64,000 nucleotides of DNA from Acidobacteriota bacterium (GTDB lineage Bacteria; Acidobacteriota; UBA4820; DSQY01), in NCBI GenBank assembly GCA_049967655.1, contig JBMFSH010000011.1, positions 13,781-77,780 on the forward strand, given 5' to 3'. This document shows, piece by piece, positions 1 through 11,943 of this stretch. The notes below the pieces were generated by a model, which did not search any database, had not been told where the DNA came from, and saw nothing but the letters and a program-made list of their open reading frames with translations. The position numbers and the translations under genes are program-made. Numbering within the stretch: the first letter of the stretch is position 1; each line of letters starts with the position of its first letter.

Positions 1-1
1 C

Positions 2-424
2 GAGGAAGGTGCTCCCGTTGCTCACCTCGTAGCTGGCATTGGCGATCTTGTGCCAGATGATGGGGTTCAGGTTGTCGAAGCCGATCTTCCGGCAGAGCAC
101 CGCGATGTCGGCGTGCAGGGGCACGACCACGTGCCGCCCGAAGGTCCTGCGGGAGAGGCAGACGTCACCGACGACGCAGACGAGCCTCCCGCCGGGCACG
201 AGCACCCGGAACACCTCCCGCCAGACCTGGCGCAGGGCCTCCAGGAACTGTTCGTAGTCGGCCACGTGGCCGAGCTGCCCCTCCACCTCGTTGTAGCGCT
301 TCAGCGTCCAATACGGCGGTGAGGTCACCACGAGGTGGACCGACTCGTCGGCAAGGTAGGGCATGGCGCGCGCATCGCCCAGAATGAGCTGATGGCAGGA
401 GGGATCAAGAAGCTCGTCGGGCAT
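2..424 (-). CDS. Site-specific DNA methyltransferase (N4-C/N6-A, beta class), N-terminal part; runs off the window
   Basis: Manual translation from ATG 424: MPDELLDPSCHQLILGDARAMPYLADESVHLVVTSPPYW...RVLVPGGRL; catalytic motif IV SPPY near the N-terminus; directly downstream of the REase. Confidence 0.9.
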   Translation of the reverse strand, partial: MPDELLDPSCHQLILGDARAMPYLADESVHLVVTSPPYWTLKRYNEVEGQLGHVADYEQFLEALRQVWREVFRVLVPGGRLVCVVGDVCLSRRTFGRHVVVPLHADIAVLCRKIGFDNLNPIIWHKIANASYEVSNGSTFL

Positions 425-434
425 GATGGCCATC

Positions 435-1175
435 CTAGCTCGTCGCATGGACGGCGATCTGGGCCGCCAGCGAACGGGCAAACAGGGCGAAGGTGAGATC
501 CTCGGCGGGGCAGGCGTACCGCCCTTGCAGGCCACTCTCCGCGTCCGAGGTCAGAAAAGCCGCGGCGCTGTAGTGGCGCTCGCGCACGAGCTTGCGGCAG
601 AAAAGCTCGTAACGCCGTGCATAGGAGGCGCCCTTGAATTCGGGAAAGACCTGGAAGTGGGGCTCCTGGACGGAGACGGGCCGGCGGGAGCCCGCGCAGT
701 CCTCCAGCAGGAAGAGGTAACCCAGCCAGGGGCGGGCGGTCCGGCTGAAGGCGCCTTCGCGGTAGGCGGTCCACAGGTCCATGGCGCTCCCCACGGCCTC
801 CTCGGTGCGGTTATTGAAGTTGTTGCCGAAGGAGGGGCCGACCTGGGACTTGGCCTCGATGACCGCCACCAACTGGCCCTCTTTCACTACCAGAAGGTCC
901 CACTCCTTCGTGGGCCTGAAGAAGCCGGGCAGCTCGAGGGCCCTTTGATAGTGGATGTGCCTCGCCTCCAGGCCCGTGGCGAGGATCACCTCGGTCAGGA
1001 GCCCGATGAAACCATCCATCTGCGCGCCCCCCGTGACCGCGCTGCGGGCGCCCTGGTCTTTCTGCCCCGAAGCGCCCTGCCTGCGGGCCTGTCTCTCGCG
1101 CGTCCTCCAGAAGTGCCGCACCGCCTCTCCCACTCGAACGTCCAGATCGTGAAGGACCATGGAGAGATCAGGCAT
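435..1175 (-). CDS. PaeR7I/XhoI-family type II restriction endonuclease
   Basis: PD-(D/E)xK-like core KEWDLLV...IEAKSQ followed by GPSFGNNFNNRTEEA, characteristic of the family; adjacent to an MTase. Confidence 0.85.
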   Translation of the reverse strand: MPDLSMVLHDLDVRVGEAVRHFWRTRERQARRQGASGQKDQGARSAVTGGAQMDGFIGLLTEVILATGLEARHIHYQRALELPGFFRPTKEWDLLVVKEGQLVAVIEAKSQVGPSFGNNFNNRTEEAVGSAMDLWTAYREGAFSRTARPWLGYLFLLEDCAGSRRPVSVQEPHFQVFPEFKGASYARRYELFCRKLVRERHYSAAAFLTSDAESGLQGRYACPAEDLTFALFARSLAAQIAVHATS

Positions 1176-1957
1176 ACGCGGCTCCCCGAGCCGAACCCGT
1201 GTCCGCGCTGCCCGCGCCCACGCTTTCGTCCTGAACGTGCTCCCGCAGGATCACCAGCTTGTCCCCGAAAGACGGCCCGCTCCGCCTGTTCGTCCCCTTG
1301 CTCATGTCGGGAATCCCTCCGCGGGGCATTATAGCGCAGGGGCGGCAAAGACAAGCCTTCCTTCGACTGCTGCCGTCCCTTCGATTTTCGCTGCAAGAGA
1401 AAAGCGGCGTCCCGGTGACGGATGCGGAGGGAAGACAGAGTCTCATCAATGCGGCCGGCGCGGGCCGGCCGCCGCGCGGAAGGCGCGGCGCGATCGGCGG
1501 GGCAAGAACAGTGAGGAGTGCGGAGTATGGAGGTCTGCCTTCGAAGGGCCGGCGAAGGGCTTCGCCTCCCACGGCGGCGGCGGGCGCCAGCCGTCGAGTT
1601 GGCAGGACTCCTGGTCGTCGTGCGGGCGCCGCCCCCCACTATCAACCATCAGTAGGGCACCCTCCGAAAGATCGCGGCCGGAAGGCCGGTCCCGCGACGG
1701 CGGCCTGAGGGGAGAGGGCGCCAGCCGATGCGAGCATCGGCCGCTACGGCAGAATGCCTTGCCTTCGAAGGCCCTCCCGCGCCCTCCTCACTTCCTGACT
1801 TCCTCACCTCCTCACGGTGTCGCGCTCTGGAGAGCGCTCCTACAGGTTTTTCAATAGCGTGCCCTTCTCCGTGCTCTCCGCGCTCTCCGTGGTGAGGCTT
1901 CTCCCCTTCGCCTTTGGCGCTCCGGTTGCTACAATCCACCTGGAGGTTTCACCGCCC

Positions 1958-3640
<1,683 letters not shown>

Positions 3641-3759
3641 GGCGAGAAGCTAGGCGGGAAACGTGAGGCGCGAGGCCGAAGGATACAGGTGGAGACGAGG
3701 AACCCCGGCGCCCTGTTCGCTTCCTCGCCTCCTCACGATCTATCCGTAAGGAGGCACCC

Positions 3760-4479
3760 ATGAAGGTCCTTGGGAACCATCTGCTGACGGCCGTGCTGGC
3801 GGGAATTCTGCTGGTCGCGGGTACTTGCCCGGCACCCCGGACGCAGTTGGACAGGCTCCTGTCGCGGGGCGGAGGAGTGGACGAGAAGACAGCCGCGGCG
3901 GGGCTGAAGGAAGCGCTTCAGGTGGGGGCGGAGCGGGCCGTCCTCCAGACCTCCAAGGTGAACGGCTTCTTGGGCAACGCCCTCATCCGCATCGCCCTGC
4001 CGAAGGAAATCCGCCCCATGGCCGACGCGCTGCGCAAGATCGGCATGGGCAAGGAGGTGGACGAGCTGGAGGTGGCCATGAACCGGGCTGCGGAGAAGGC
4101 GGCCGGCGAGGCGAGGCCCATCTTCGCCGACGCCATCCACCAGATTACACTTAAGGACGCCCTCCACATCCTGAGCGGTGGTGACACGGCCGCCACCCAG
4201 TACTTCCGCGCCCATACCTCCGCCGCCCTGGACGCCAAGTTCCTCCCCATCGTGACGAAGAGCATGGAGAAGGTGGGCGCGGCCCAGCAGTACAACCGCC
4301 TGATCGAGCGCTACAACGAGCTGCCCTTCGTCACGAAGCCGGCGGTGAACCTCGACCAGTACGTCACCAACCGGACCCTCGCGGGTCTCTTCACCGTCCT
4401 GGGCCAGCAGGAGAAGCACATCCGGAAACACCCCGCGGCGAGGACCACCGATCTGCTCAAGGAGGTCTTCGGCCGGTAG
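3760..4479 (+). CDS. DUF4197 family exported protein
   Basis: Signal peptide; GLKEAL, MNRAAEKAA, ATQYF, IRKHPAARTTDLLKEVFG. Confidence 0.85.
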   Translation: MKVLGNHLLTAVLAGILLVAGTCPAPRTQLDRLLSRGGGVDEKTAAAGLKEALQVGAERAVLQTSKVNGFLGNALIRIALPKEIRPMADALRKIGMGKEVDELEVAMNRAAEKAAGEARPIFADAIHQITLKDALHILSGGDTAATQYFRAHTSAALDAKFLPIVTKSMEKVGAAQQYNRLIERYNELPFVTKPAVNLDQYVTNRTLAGLFTVLGQQEKHIRKHPAARTTDLLKEVFGR

Positions 4480-4562
4480 GCCGCGCCGGGACCACTCCCT
4501 CCGCCGGCCGGGCTAGCGCCCAGCCGGCCGGCGACCCACAATTTGGCCATCTTCATGGACTG

Positions 4563-4591
4563 AAAGGGCCGCCCGAGCGGGCGGCCCTTTT
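4563..4591. terminator. Probable bidirectional intrinsic terminator
   Basis: AAAGGGCCGCCC-gagc-GGGCGGCCCTTT hairpin between convergent genes. Confidence 0.8.
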
Positions 4592-4616
4592 CAGCCTCAA
4601 GTAGTAAGAAACCCGG

Positions 4617-7600
4617 TCACGGCCCCGGCGGGGGCAGGACGGGGTGGTAGTCGGGGTAGGGCGGCCGCTCGTAGTGGGGCGGGGGGTTCTCCTTGAGCTT
4701 CTCCATCAGGAGCTCCACCGTCTTTTCGAGCTGCGGATCGTGCCCCTCGCGCACGAGCTTGGGGTCCTGCCAGACCGTCACGTCCGGGGCAATGCCGTGG
4801 TTCTCCACGTCCCAGTGGCCGCTCAGGCCGTAGATGGCCCAGCGCGGCGCCGTGACCATGCCGCCGTCCATGAGGCGCGGGTAGCCGCCGATGCCCACGA
4901 GGCCGCCCCAGGTGCGCTCCCCCACGAGGGGGCCGATGTGGGCCTTGCGGAAGTACCAGGGCATGGCGTCCCCGCCCGACCCCGCGAACTGGTTGATGAT
5001 CATCGCCTTGGGGCCGTAGATGGCCTCCGTCGGCTCGGTGTAGGCCTCGCCCTCGCGCGTCATGACCCGGCTCATGGGGACGCGGCTCAGGGTGTCGATG
5101 ATGTAGTCGGCGAGCTGGCCGCCGTGGTTGTAGCGCTCGTCGAGCACCGCCCCCTCCTTGCCGACCTGGGCGAAGTAGTAGCGGTTGAAGCTGGTGAAGC
5201 CGCCGAACTGGGTATCGGGGAGGTAGACGTAGGCCAGCTTGCCGCCGCTCAGGGCGTCCACCTTCCGCCGGTTGGCCTCGACCCAATCCTCGTGGCGCAG
5301 TCCGAACTCGCTCTCCACGGGCACCACCGTGACGTCGCGGGCGCCCGTGCCGTCGGGGTTGGGCCCCACGCGGATCACGGTCTGCTGGCCCGCCGTTCCC
5401 TGGAAGAAGCTGAAGACGTTGTCGGAGGCGGTCAGGTTGCGGCCGTTCACGGCCAGCAGGTAGTCGCCCGCCTTCACGTCCATGCCGGGCTGGGTGAGAG
5501 GTGCCTGGAGCTTGGGGTTCCAGTTCTCTCCGCTGTAGATCTTGGCGAAGCGGTAGCGGCCGTGGTCGATGGCGTAGTCGGCTCCCAGCAGGCCCACGGA
5601 GACCTTGTGCTCCTTCGGCTCCGTCCCGCCGCGCACGAACATGTGACCCACGGACAGGTAGGAGAGCATCCGCCGGAAGAGGAAGGTGAGGTCGTCCCGG
5701 CTGGCGATGCCGGGGAGGTAGACCATGAAGGTCCTCTTCGCCGCGGCCAAATCGAGGCCGTGGAAGTGCGGGTCGTAGAAGAAGTCCCGCTCGATGCGCC
5801 ACACCTCGTCGTACATCTGGCGCCACTCCTCGCGAGGCACCACGTAGACCTTCATGGCGGCCGTGTCGATCTTGCCCTCGCCCGGCTTGGGCGGCGCGCC
5901 GGTCTTGGCGATGAACCAGTCTTTTCCCTTTTGGTAGAGCATCTTCTCGCCGTTGAAGGAGAGGACGAAGTTGTTCACCCCGTCGAGGAGAGGCTCGAGC
6001 TTGCGCTTCTCGAGATCGAAGTGCTTCACGGCCATGGCCGGCGGCTCGTCTCCGACCTCCACCACGGGCTCCTCCATCAGGAAGAGCTGGCCGGCCGTGC
6101 CCGCGGAGAGCCCCGTGTAGTTGGCGGCGGGAACGGGCAGGGCGAGGGTCCTCTGGAGCAGGCCGTCGAAGTCGATGCGCACCTCGGGCGGTTTCTCGCT
6201 CTCCTCCTTGGCCGCGCTCTTGGCCGGGGCGGCGCCCTCCTTCTTCTCGCCCTCCTTGGGCTTGGGGGCCTTCTCGTCGTCGCTTTGGGGCGCCAGCGGT
6301 GAGGGGAGCTCCTTGCGCAGGACGGCCACGTAGACGGAGCTCGTCACGGGCCGCGCCTCGCTCGTCATGTCCAGCCAACCGGCCGCCAGGCCCGTGTCGG
6401 TGCTCGCCGTAAAGAAGAGGTACTTGCCGCTCCGGTCGAAGACGGGGTAGAGGCAGTCGCTCATGCCGTCCGTGACCTGGGTCGCTTTACCCGTGGCAAG
6501 CGAGTAGACGAAGACGGCGTGGAGGTGGTTGGGGAGCTGCTTCGTGTAGGTCAGCCAGCGGCTGTCGGGCGACCATTCCTGGTCGAACTCGTGGGCGGGC
6601 GTGTCGTAGAGGTCCGTGTCCACCTTCACCGGGACGGGGTGATCGAGGTCCACGAACCATAGGTTCAGGCGTTTGTCGCTGTAGGCGATCTTCTTGCCGT
6701 CGGGCGACCAGACGGGATCGTAGAAGAACGAAGGCGGCTCGCCGAGGGAGATGTCGCGCACGGGCCCCAGGCCGGTTTGGCTTGCGATGTGGAGCGCGTA
6801 CTCGCCGGAGGCGTCGGAGAAGTAGGCGATGGACTGGCCGTCGGGCGACCAGGCGGGGTTGCGCTCCATGACCCCCGGCGTGGAGGTGATGTCACGCACG
6901 TCGCCCTTCTCGGCGGGTACCGTGAGGATGTCGCCGTGGGCCTCGAAGACGGCGCGGGCGCCGGTGGGCGAGAGGTCGGCGTTGGCGATCTGATTGGCGA
7001 CCTTCTCGAAGTGGGGCCGCACCTGCGGCATGTCGCCCGCGACCCTGATCGCGACGGGCGAGGTGGTGCGCGTGGCGAGGTCGTAGAGGAAGATTTCCCC
7101 CATCCGCGAGTAGACGATGGCGCCGGGGCCCGCCGAGGCGGAGTCGATGTTGTAGCCCTGGTTGTCGATGCACCGCGTGACGGTGCCGCTCTTGGTGTCG
7201 TAGGCGAAGAGGGTCTGGGGGCCGCTGCGGTCCGAGAGGAAGTAGACCGTGTCGCCCACCCACATGGGGTCGCGGTCGTTGGAGTTCTCCCGCGGGATCT
7301 TGACGACGCTCGAATCGGAGAGGCGCGCGATCCAGATGGGCGTGGTCTGGCCGCCCCGGTAGTCGCGCCAGTCGGGCTCCCACTGGAAGACGGGGCTGTA
7401 GGCGATGCGGCTGCCGTCGGGCGAAAAGGAGCCGTCCTCCGCCATGGGGAGGGGCAGGGGCGTGGGCAGGCCGCCCGTCAGCGGCACGAGAAAGAGCTGG
7501 TCCGAATCGTTCGTAGCGTCCCGGTGGGAGCGGAAGAGCACCTCCTTGCCGTCGGGGCTGAAACCCACGGCCACGTCGGGATCGGGATGCCAGGTGAGGC

Positions 7601-7901
7601 GGCGCGGCTCGCCCCCCGAGGCCGGCACGACGTAGACGTCCACGTTGCCGTCGTACTCGCCCGAGAAGGCCACCAGGGAGCCGTCGGGGGAGAAGATGGG
7701 GCGGCTCTCCAGGTCCATCCCCGTCACCAGGCGGTGGGCGTCGCCGCCGGAGCGGCTCGCGACCCAGATGTCACCGCCGTAGACGAAGGCGATCTGCGTC
7801 TTGGAGAGGGCGGGCTCCCGAAGGAGCAGGGGGGGAGCGGCGGCCGCCAGGCAGAGCGAGGCGGCCAGGAGGATGAGGGCTGCGAGCAGGGCTTTGCGCA
7901 T
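4617..7901 (-). CDS. Tricorn-like protease (S41; PD40 propellers, PDZ)
   Basis: 1094 aa, signal peptide, repeated FSPDG/WSPDG, DERYNHGG, AGSGGD, GERTWGG, VENHG. Confidence 0.93.
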   Translation of the reverse strand: MRKALLAALILLAASLCLAAAAPPLLLREPALSKTQIAFVYGGDIWVASRSGGDAHRLVTGMDLESRPIFSPDGSLVAFSGEYDGNVDVYVVPASGGEPRRLTWHPDPDVAVGFSPDGKEVLFRSHRDATNDSDQLFLVPLTGGLPTPLPLPMAEDGSFSPDGSRIAYSPVFQWEPDWRDYRGGQTTPIWIARLSDSSVVKIPRENSNDRDPMWVGDTVYFLSDRSGPQTLFAYDTKSGTVTRCIDNQGYNIDSASAGPGAIVYSRMGEIFLYDLATRTTSPVAIRVAGDMPQVRPHFEKVANQIANADLSPTGARAVFEAHGDILTVPAEKGDVRDITSTPGVMERNPAWSPDGQSIAYFSDASGEYALHIASQTGLGPVRDISLGEPPSFFYDPVWSPDGKKIAYSDKRLNLWFVDLDHPVPVKVDTDLYDTPAHEFDQEWSPDSRWLTYTKQLPNHLHAVFVYSLATGKATQVTDGMSDCLYPVFDRSGKYLFFTASTDTGLAAGWLDMTSEARPVTSSVYVAVLRKELPSPLAPQSDDEKAPKPKEGEKKEGAAPAKSAAKEESEKPPEVRIDFDGLLQRTLALPVPAANYTGLSAGTAGQLFLMEEPVVEVGDEPPAMAVKHFDLEKRKLEPLLDGVNNFVLSFNGEKMLYQKGKDWFIAKTGAPPKPGEGKIDTAAMKVYVVPREEWRQMYDEVWRIERDFFYDPHFHGLDLAAAKRTFMVYLPGIASRDDLTFLFRRMLSYLSVGHMFVRGGTEPKEHKVSVGLLGADYAIDHGRYRFAKIYSGENWNPKLQAPLTQPGMDVKAGDYLLAVNGRNLTASDNVFSFFQGTAGQQTVIRVGPNPDGTGARDVTVVPVESEFGLRHEDWVEANRRKVDALSGGKLAYVYLPDTQFGGFTSFNRYYFAQVGKEGAVLDERYNHGGQLADYIIDTLSRVPMSRVMTREGEAYTEPTEAIYGPKAMIINQFAGSGGDAMPWYFRKAHIGPLVGERTWGGLVGIGGYPRLMDGGMVTAPRWAIYGLSGHWDVENHGIAPDVTVWQDPKLVREGHDPQLEKTVELLMEKLKENPPPHYERPPYPDYHPVLPPPGP

Positions 7902-8000
7902 GAAGCCTCCTTATCGCGATGCGAGAAACAGGGATACGGAGCCACAAGTCTCCTGAGACGGGCCGTCCGGGGCCGAAGTTTCAGCACCCCCTTATTCTCT

Positions 8001-8144
8001 AACCACAGAGACACAGAGACACTGAGAAGAGCCATTCAGGACCCAAGAGAAGCGCAAGTCGCGACCCGTTGCCCTTCCTCCTCGAAGGCCCTCTTGGTCC
8101 TCACTCAAGAGCGCTTCCCTCTGCGGCTCTGCGCCTCTGTGGTT
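8001..8144. repeat. Inverted pair of AAC(CACAGAGR)3 repeats (REP/MITE-like), copy 1
   Basis: aaccacagagacacagagacactgag 8001-8026 and ctctgcggctctgcgcctctgtggtt 8119-8144. Confidence 0.75.
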
Positions 8145-8167
8145 CATTTCTTTCGAAGATAACGCCC

Positions 8168-8749
8168 TCAGCCGCCTAGGGCGGAGACCACGGCCTGGGT
8201 GTCTCGCACGCGTCCCATGCGCGGGAAGATGCGCGTGAGGCAGTGCTCGTGGGCCGAGGCGCTGAGCGCGCCCATGGCGTCCGAGACGAAGAGCTGCTCG
8301 AAGCCGCGCTCGAAGGCGTCTCGCGCCGTGCTCTCCACGCCGTACTCCGTGGCGATGCCGCAGAGCACCAGGGTCGTCAGCCCCCGGCGCCGGAGCTGGA
8401 GCTCCAGGTCGGTGCCGTAGAAGGCTCCCCACTGGCGCTTGAGGATGACGAGGTCGCCGGGCGACCGTTCGAGCTCGGGGATCAGCTCGGACCAGTCGGG
8501 CGGCAGGGGGCCGGAGGCCCGCATGGGCTCGTCGGCCGCGGGGTTCAGGCGGTCCCGGCCGTCGGGGGAGCCGCCCACGTGGACGAGGATGGGCGTCGCG
8601 CCGGCGCGTCGGGCCGCGCGCAGGAGGCGCACCGTGTTGGCCACCACGGTGGCCGCCGGGTGCGGCGCCGTCGCGCGGCCCACGATGCCCTTTTGCAGAT
8701 CGATGACGACAACGGCGGTGGTGGCGGGATTCAGAATCGGGTCGGCCAT
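8168..8749 (-). CDS. Isochorismatase-family hydrolase (YecD-like)
   Basis: VVIDLQKG, KRQWGAFYGTDL, GIATEYGVESTARDA; AAGGAG RBS. Confidence 0.88.
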   Translation of the reverse strand: MADPILNPATTAVVVIDLQKGIVGRATAPHPAATVVANTVRLLRAARRAGATPILVHVGGSPDGRDRLNPAADEPMRASGPLPPDWSELIPELERSPGDLVILKRQWGAFYGTDLELQLRRRGLTTLVLCGIATEYGVESTARDAFERGFEQLFVSDAMGALSASAHEHCLTRIFPRMGRVRDTQAVVSALGG

Positions 8750-8884
8750 GGCCATCTCCTTCGGGAAGCCGTCCCCCTTCCTCCGGCCAGGATAAACCAC
8801 GGCGCCTTGGATGGGGATAGCCTCCGCTTGATCCCCGGAGGGGCTCGTCCCATGATGGAGGCCGGGCACGTCAGGGAGGTGGCC

Positions 8885-9193
8885 ATGGTCGTCGTCCTCG
8901 TTCACTACGTGAAGCCGCTGGAGGAGGTGGACCGGCTCGTCCCCTCTCACAAGGCCTTCCTCGCCGAATACTATCGGCGGGGGCTCCTGCTCCTCTCCGG
9001 TCCGCGCACCCCGCGCACCGAGGGCGGGCTCATCCTCGCCCGCTCTGGGAGCGTCGAGGAGCTGCGGGCCCTCTTCGCCAAGGACCCCTTCGCCGTGGCG
9101 GGGGTGGCCGAGTACGAGTTTCTGGCCTTCGAACCCACCATGCGCGCCGGGGGGACCGAGCCCTTCCTGGCCGCGCCGGCCGCCGCGGAGTGA
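8885..9193 (+). CDS. YciI family protein
   Basis: YVKPLEEVD, H..FL, SGPRTPR.GG, DPF; GGGAGG RBS. Confidence 0.85.
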   Translation: MVVVLVHYVKPLEEVDRLVPSHKAFLAEYYRRGLLLLSGPRTPRTEGGLILARSGSVEELRALFAKDPFAVAGVAEYEFLAFEPTMRAGGTEPFLAAPAAAE

Positions 9194-9197
9194 ACCG

Positions 9198-9686
9198 GTG
9201 TCCCGCCCGGAGGCGCCCGTCACCCCGGCCACCCGGCTGTTGAGGGCAAGAGGGGTTCCCTTCGCGCCCCACCTCTACCCCTTCCAGGCCCGCGACGTGG
9301 CGCGCCACGCGGCCCACGCCCTGGGGGTGGACGAACACGCCGTGGTCAAGACCCTCGTCATGGCGGCCGACCCGAAACGCCCCTTCCTGGTGCTCATGCA
9401 CGGGGATTGCGAAGTCTCCACGAAGGCGCTGGCCCGGCTGCTTGACGTCAAGGAGGTGGCCCCGCTAGGCCGGGAGGAGGCCGAGCGCGCCACCGGCTAC
9501 CAGGTGGGCGGCATCAGCCCCCTGGGCACCCGCCGGCCCATGCTCGTCTACGCCGAAGCCACGCTCTTCGACCTGCCCCTGATCTACCTGAACGGAGGCA
9601 AGCGGGGCTTTCTCGTGGCGCTCGATCCGGCGGCCCTTCGGGCCCTTCTCGCCCCCGTCGAGGTGCGCGTAGCCCAGACCGGGTAG
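9198..9686 (+). CDS. ybaK: YbaK/EbsC aminoacyl-tRNA deacylase
   Basis: [24 protein letters not shown]. Confidence 0.88.
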   Translation: MSRPEAPVTPATRLLRARGVPFAPHLYPFQARDVARHAAHALGVDEHAVVKTLVMAADPKRPFLVLMHGDCEVSTKALARLLDVKEVAPLGREEAERATGYQVGGISPLGTRRPMLVYAEATLFDLPLIYLNGGKRGFLVALDPAALRALLAPVEVRVAQTG

Positions 9687-9739
9687 GCGGCTTGCGCCGC
9701 GGCGCGCCGAGGCGGTACAGTGCAGGGCGTGGAGCACCC

Positions 9740-10420
9740 ATGGAGATCCTTCTGACCCCCGAAGAGACGCGCGTCCTGGGATGCCTCGTGGAGAAGGCGG
9801 TCACCACGCCGGAGTACTACCCCCTCAGCCTGAACGCCGTGCGCAACGCCTGCAACCAGAAGTCGGGGCGCGACCCCGTGGTGGCCTACGACGACGCCAC
9901 CGTGCAGGCGGCCCTCGACGGCCTGCGGGACAAGCACCTGCTCTGGGTGGTCAGCCCCGCCGAGGCGCGCGTCCCCAAGTACCAGCACCGCTTCCCCGAG
10001 GCCCTCGACCTCTCGCCGCCCGAGGTGGCGATCCTCTCGCTCCTCATGCTGAGGGGCCCCCAGACCCCAGGCGAGCTGCGGGGCCGGAGCGAGCGGCTCT
10101 ACCGCTTCTCCGGGCTGGAGGAGGTGGAGGCCGTCCTGCGCGGGCTCGCCGAACGCCCCGGCGGGCCGTTGGCCGTGCGCCTGCCGCGCCAGCCCGGCCG
10201 GAAGGAGCACCGCTACGCCCACGCCCTCGAGGGGATTCCAGCCGAGGAGCCCGGCTCCGAGGCGCCGCCCGCCTTCGAGACCCAGCCGCTTCGGGTGACC
10301 CATCGCCTGGCCGAGCAGGAAGAGGCGCTCTCCGTGCTCCGCGAGGAGCTCCAGCGGCTGCGCGAGGAGCTGGCCGAGCTGAGGAGCGAGTTCGAGGCCT
10401 TCCGCCAGGAGTTTCAGTGA
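9740..10420 (+). CDS. YceH/DUF480 family protein
   Basis: [41 protein letters not shown]-terminal coiled coil. Confidence 0.9.
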   Translation: MEILLTPEETRVLGCLVEKAVTTPEYYPLSLNAVRNACNQKSGRDPVVAYDDATVQAALDGLRDKHLLWVVSPAEARVPKYQHRFPEALDLSPPEVAILSLLMLRGPQTPGELRGRSERLYRFSGLEEVEAVLRGLAERPGGPLAVRLPRQPGRKEHRYAHALEGIPAEEPGSEAPPAFETQPLRVTHRLAEQEEALSVLREELQRLREELAELRSEFEAFRQEFQ

Positions 10421-10998
10421 AGCGCCTCTGCGTCTTCTGCGGTTCGAGCGTGGGCGACGACCCCGCCTTCGCCGAGGCCGCCGAGGCCGTGGGCGGGGCC
10501 CTGGCCGAGCGCCGGATCACGCTGGTGTACGGCGGCGGCAACGTGGGGCTCATGGGCGTCCTGGCCGACGCCGCGCTTCGGGCCGGAGGCGAGGTCATCG
10601 GCGTCATCCCCAAGGCGCTCATGGAGTGGGAGGTGGGCCACCTGGGGCTTTCAGACCTGCGCGTGGTGGACTCTATGCACGAGCGCAAGGCCCTCATGGC
10701 CGAGCTCTCCGACGGTTTCGCGGCCCTGCCCGGAGGCATCGGCACCCTCGAAGAGTTCTTCGAGATCTGGACGTGGGCCCAGCTCGGGGTCCACCACAAA
10801 CCCTGCGGCCTGCTCAACGCGAAGGGCTACTACGACCCGCTCGTGGTCTTCCTGGACGCCATGGTGGAGCGAGGATTCCTCAAGCCCCGCCACCGGAGCA
10901 TGGCCATCGTGGAGCGCGAGGTCGGCCCCCTCCTCGCCGCCCTGGAGGTCTATCGCCCGCCCGAGGGGGAGCCCCGCCTGAACGGGCGGCGGACCTGA
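10417..10998 (+). CDS. LOG family nucleotide phosphoribohydrolase (TIGR00730-like)
   Basis: [34 protein letters not shown] overlaps the upstream stop. Confidence 0.92.
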   Translation: MKRLCVFCGSSVGDDPAFAEAAEAVGGALAERRITLVYGGGNVGLMGVLADAALRAGGEVIGVIPKALMEWEVGHLGLSDLRVVDSMHERKALMAELSDGFAALPGGIGTLEEFFEIWTWAQLGVHHKPCGLLNAKGYYDPLVVFLDAMVERGFLKPRHRSMAIVEREVGPLLAALEVYRPPEGEPRLNGRRT

Positions 10999-11007
10999 GG
11001 GCCCCTT

Positions 11008-11580
11008 ATGACGGCCAAGATCAAAACGCCCCTGCTGACGACCGAGCGGCTCCACCTCCTGGTTCCGGGGCCCAGGGACGCCCGGCGCATGCTCTGGTAC
11101 GTGCTGGAGAACCGTGACCACCTGGCGCCCTGGGAGCCGGTGCGGTTCCAGGCCTACTTCACGGAGGAGTTCTGGCGCCAGGAGCTGGCCGCGGCCCAGC
11201 GGGAGTACTTGGAGGGCCTCTCGCTCAGGCTCGCCCTCGTGGAGAGCGGCGATCCGGGCGGCCCCATCGTCGGCACCGCGAACTTCCGCAACATCGTCCG
11301 GGGCGTCTTCCAGGCCTGCCACCTGGGCTACAGCCTGGACCACCGCCTCCAGGGTCGGGGCCTCATGCAGGAGGCCCTGACGGCGGCCATCGCCCACGTC
11401 TTCGAGGAGCTGGGCCTCCACCGGGTCATGGCCAACTACATGCCCCACAACGAGCGAAGCGCCAGGCTGCTTCAACGCCTGGGATTCACAGTGGAGGGCC
11501 AGGCCAAGAGCTACCTCTTCCTCGACGGGGCCTGGCGCGACCACGTCCTGACCTCCCTCGTCAATCCGAAGGAGGTCTGA
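11008..11580 (+). CDS. rimJ: RimJ-like GNAT N-acetyltransferase
   Basis: NRDHLAPWEP, GVFQACHLGYSL, LHRVMANYMPHNERS, GAWRDHVLTSL. Confidence 0.85.
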   Translation: MTAKIKTPLLTTERLHLLVPGPRDARRMLWYVLENRDHLAPWEPVRFQAYFTEEFWRQELAAAQREYLEGLSLRLALVESGDPGGPIVGTANFRNIVRGVFQACHLGYSLDHRLQGRGLMQEALTAAIAHVFEELGLHRVMANYMPHNERSARLLQRLGFTVEGQAKSYLFLDGAWRDHVLTSLVNPKEV

Positions 11581-11582
11581 GC

Positions 11583-11924
11583 GTGACCTTCCTCCTGGTG
11601 ACGGACAACCTCTTGACGAGGTCGAGGCTGGAAACGGCCGCCCGGGCGGCCGGAGCCGAGGTGCTGGCCAGAGGGTCGGAGCGCGCGCCCAACCTGGTGG
11701 CCGTGGATCTCACGGCCCGGGGCGCGCTGGAGGCCATCGCCTCCTGGAGGGCCGGCCATCCCTCCGCCCTCATCCTGGCCTTCGGGCCGCACGTTCAGAC
11801 GGCACTTCTGGCCGCGGCCGGCGAGGCGGGCGCCACGGAGGTGGTCCCGCGAGGGGCCGCCGAGCGGAGGCTGGTGGCGCTGCTCCGCCGGCCGAAACCG
11901 GGAAGCGCCCAACCGGGGGGCTGA
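11583..11924 (+). CDS. Atypical receiver (CheY)-like protein
   Basis: Alternating beta/alpha pattern: LLVTDNL, LVAVDL, ILAFGPHV, AGATEVVPR. Confidence 0.55.
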   Translation: MTFLLVTDNLLTRSRLETAARAAGAEVLARGSERAPNLVAVDLTARGALEAIASWRAGHPSALILAFGPHVQTALLAAAGEAGATEVVPRGAAERRLVALLRRPKPGSAQPGG

Positions 11925-11943
11925 GCCCCCGAGGGAGGAGGCC

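Noticed and set aside
1168..1305. 45-aa ORF upstream of the REase containing GPSFG, like the REase motif; possible controller protein
   Set aside because: No HTH pattern, no clear RBS, and a 5-residue match is compatible with chance.
8001..8144. CACAGAG repeats as a CRISPR array
   Set aside because: Repeats are inverted pairs of 8-mer units, with no regular repeat-spacer series and no cas genes.
8168..8749. Missing catalytic Cys in the isochorismatase (TEYGVEST)
   Set aside because: The same substitution is typical of the YecD-like subfamily, so it is not novel.
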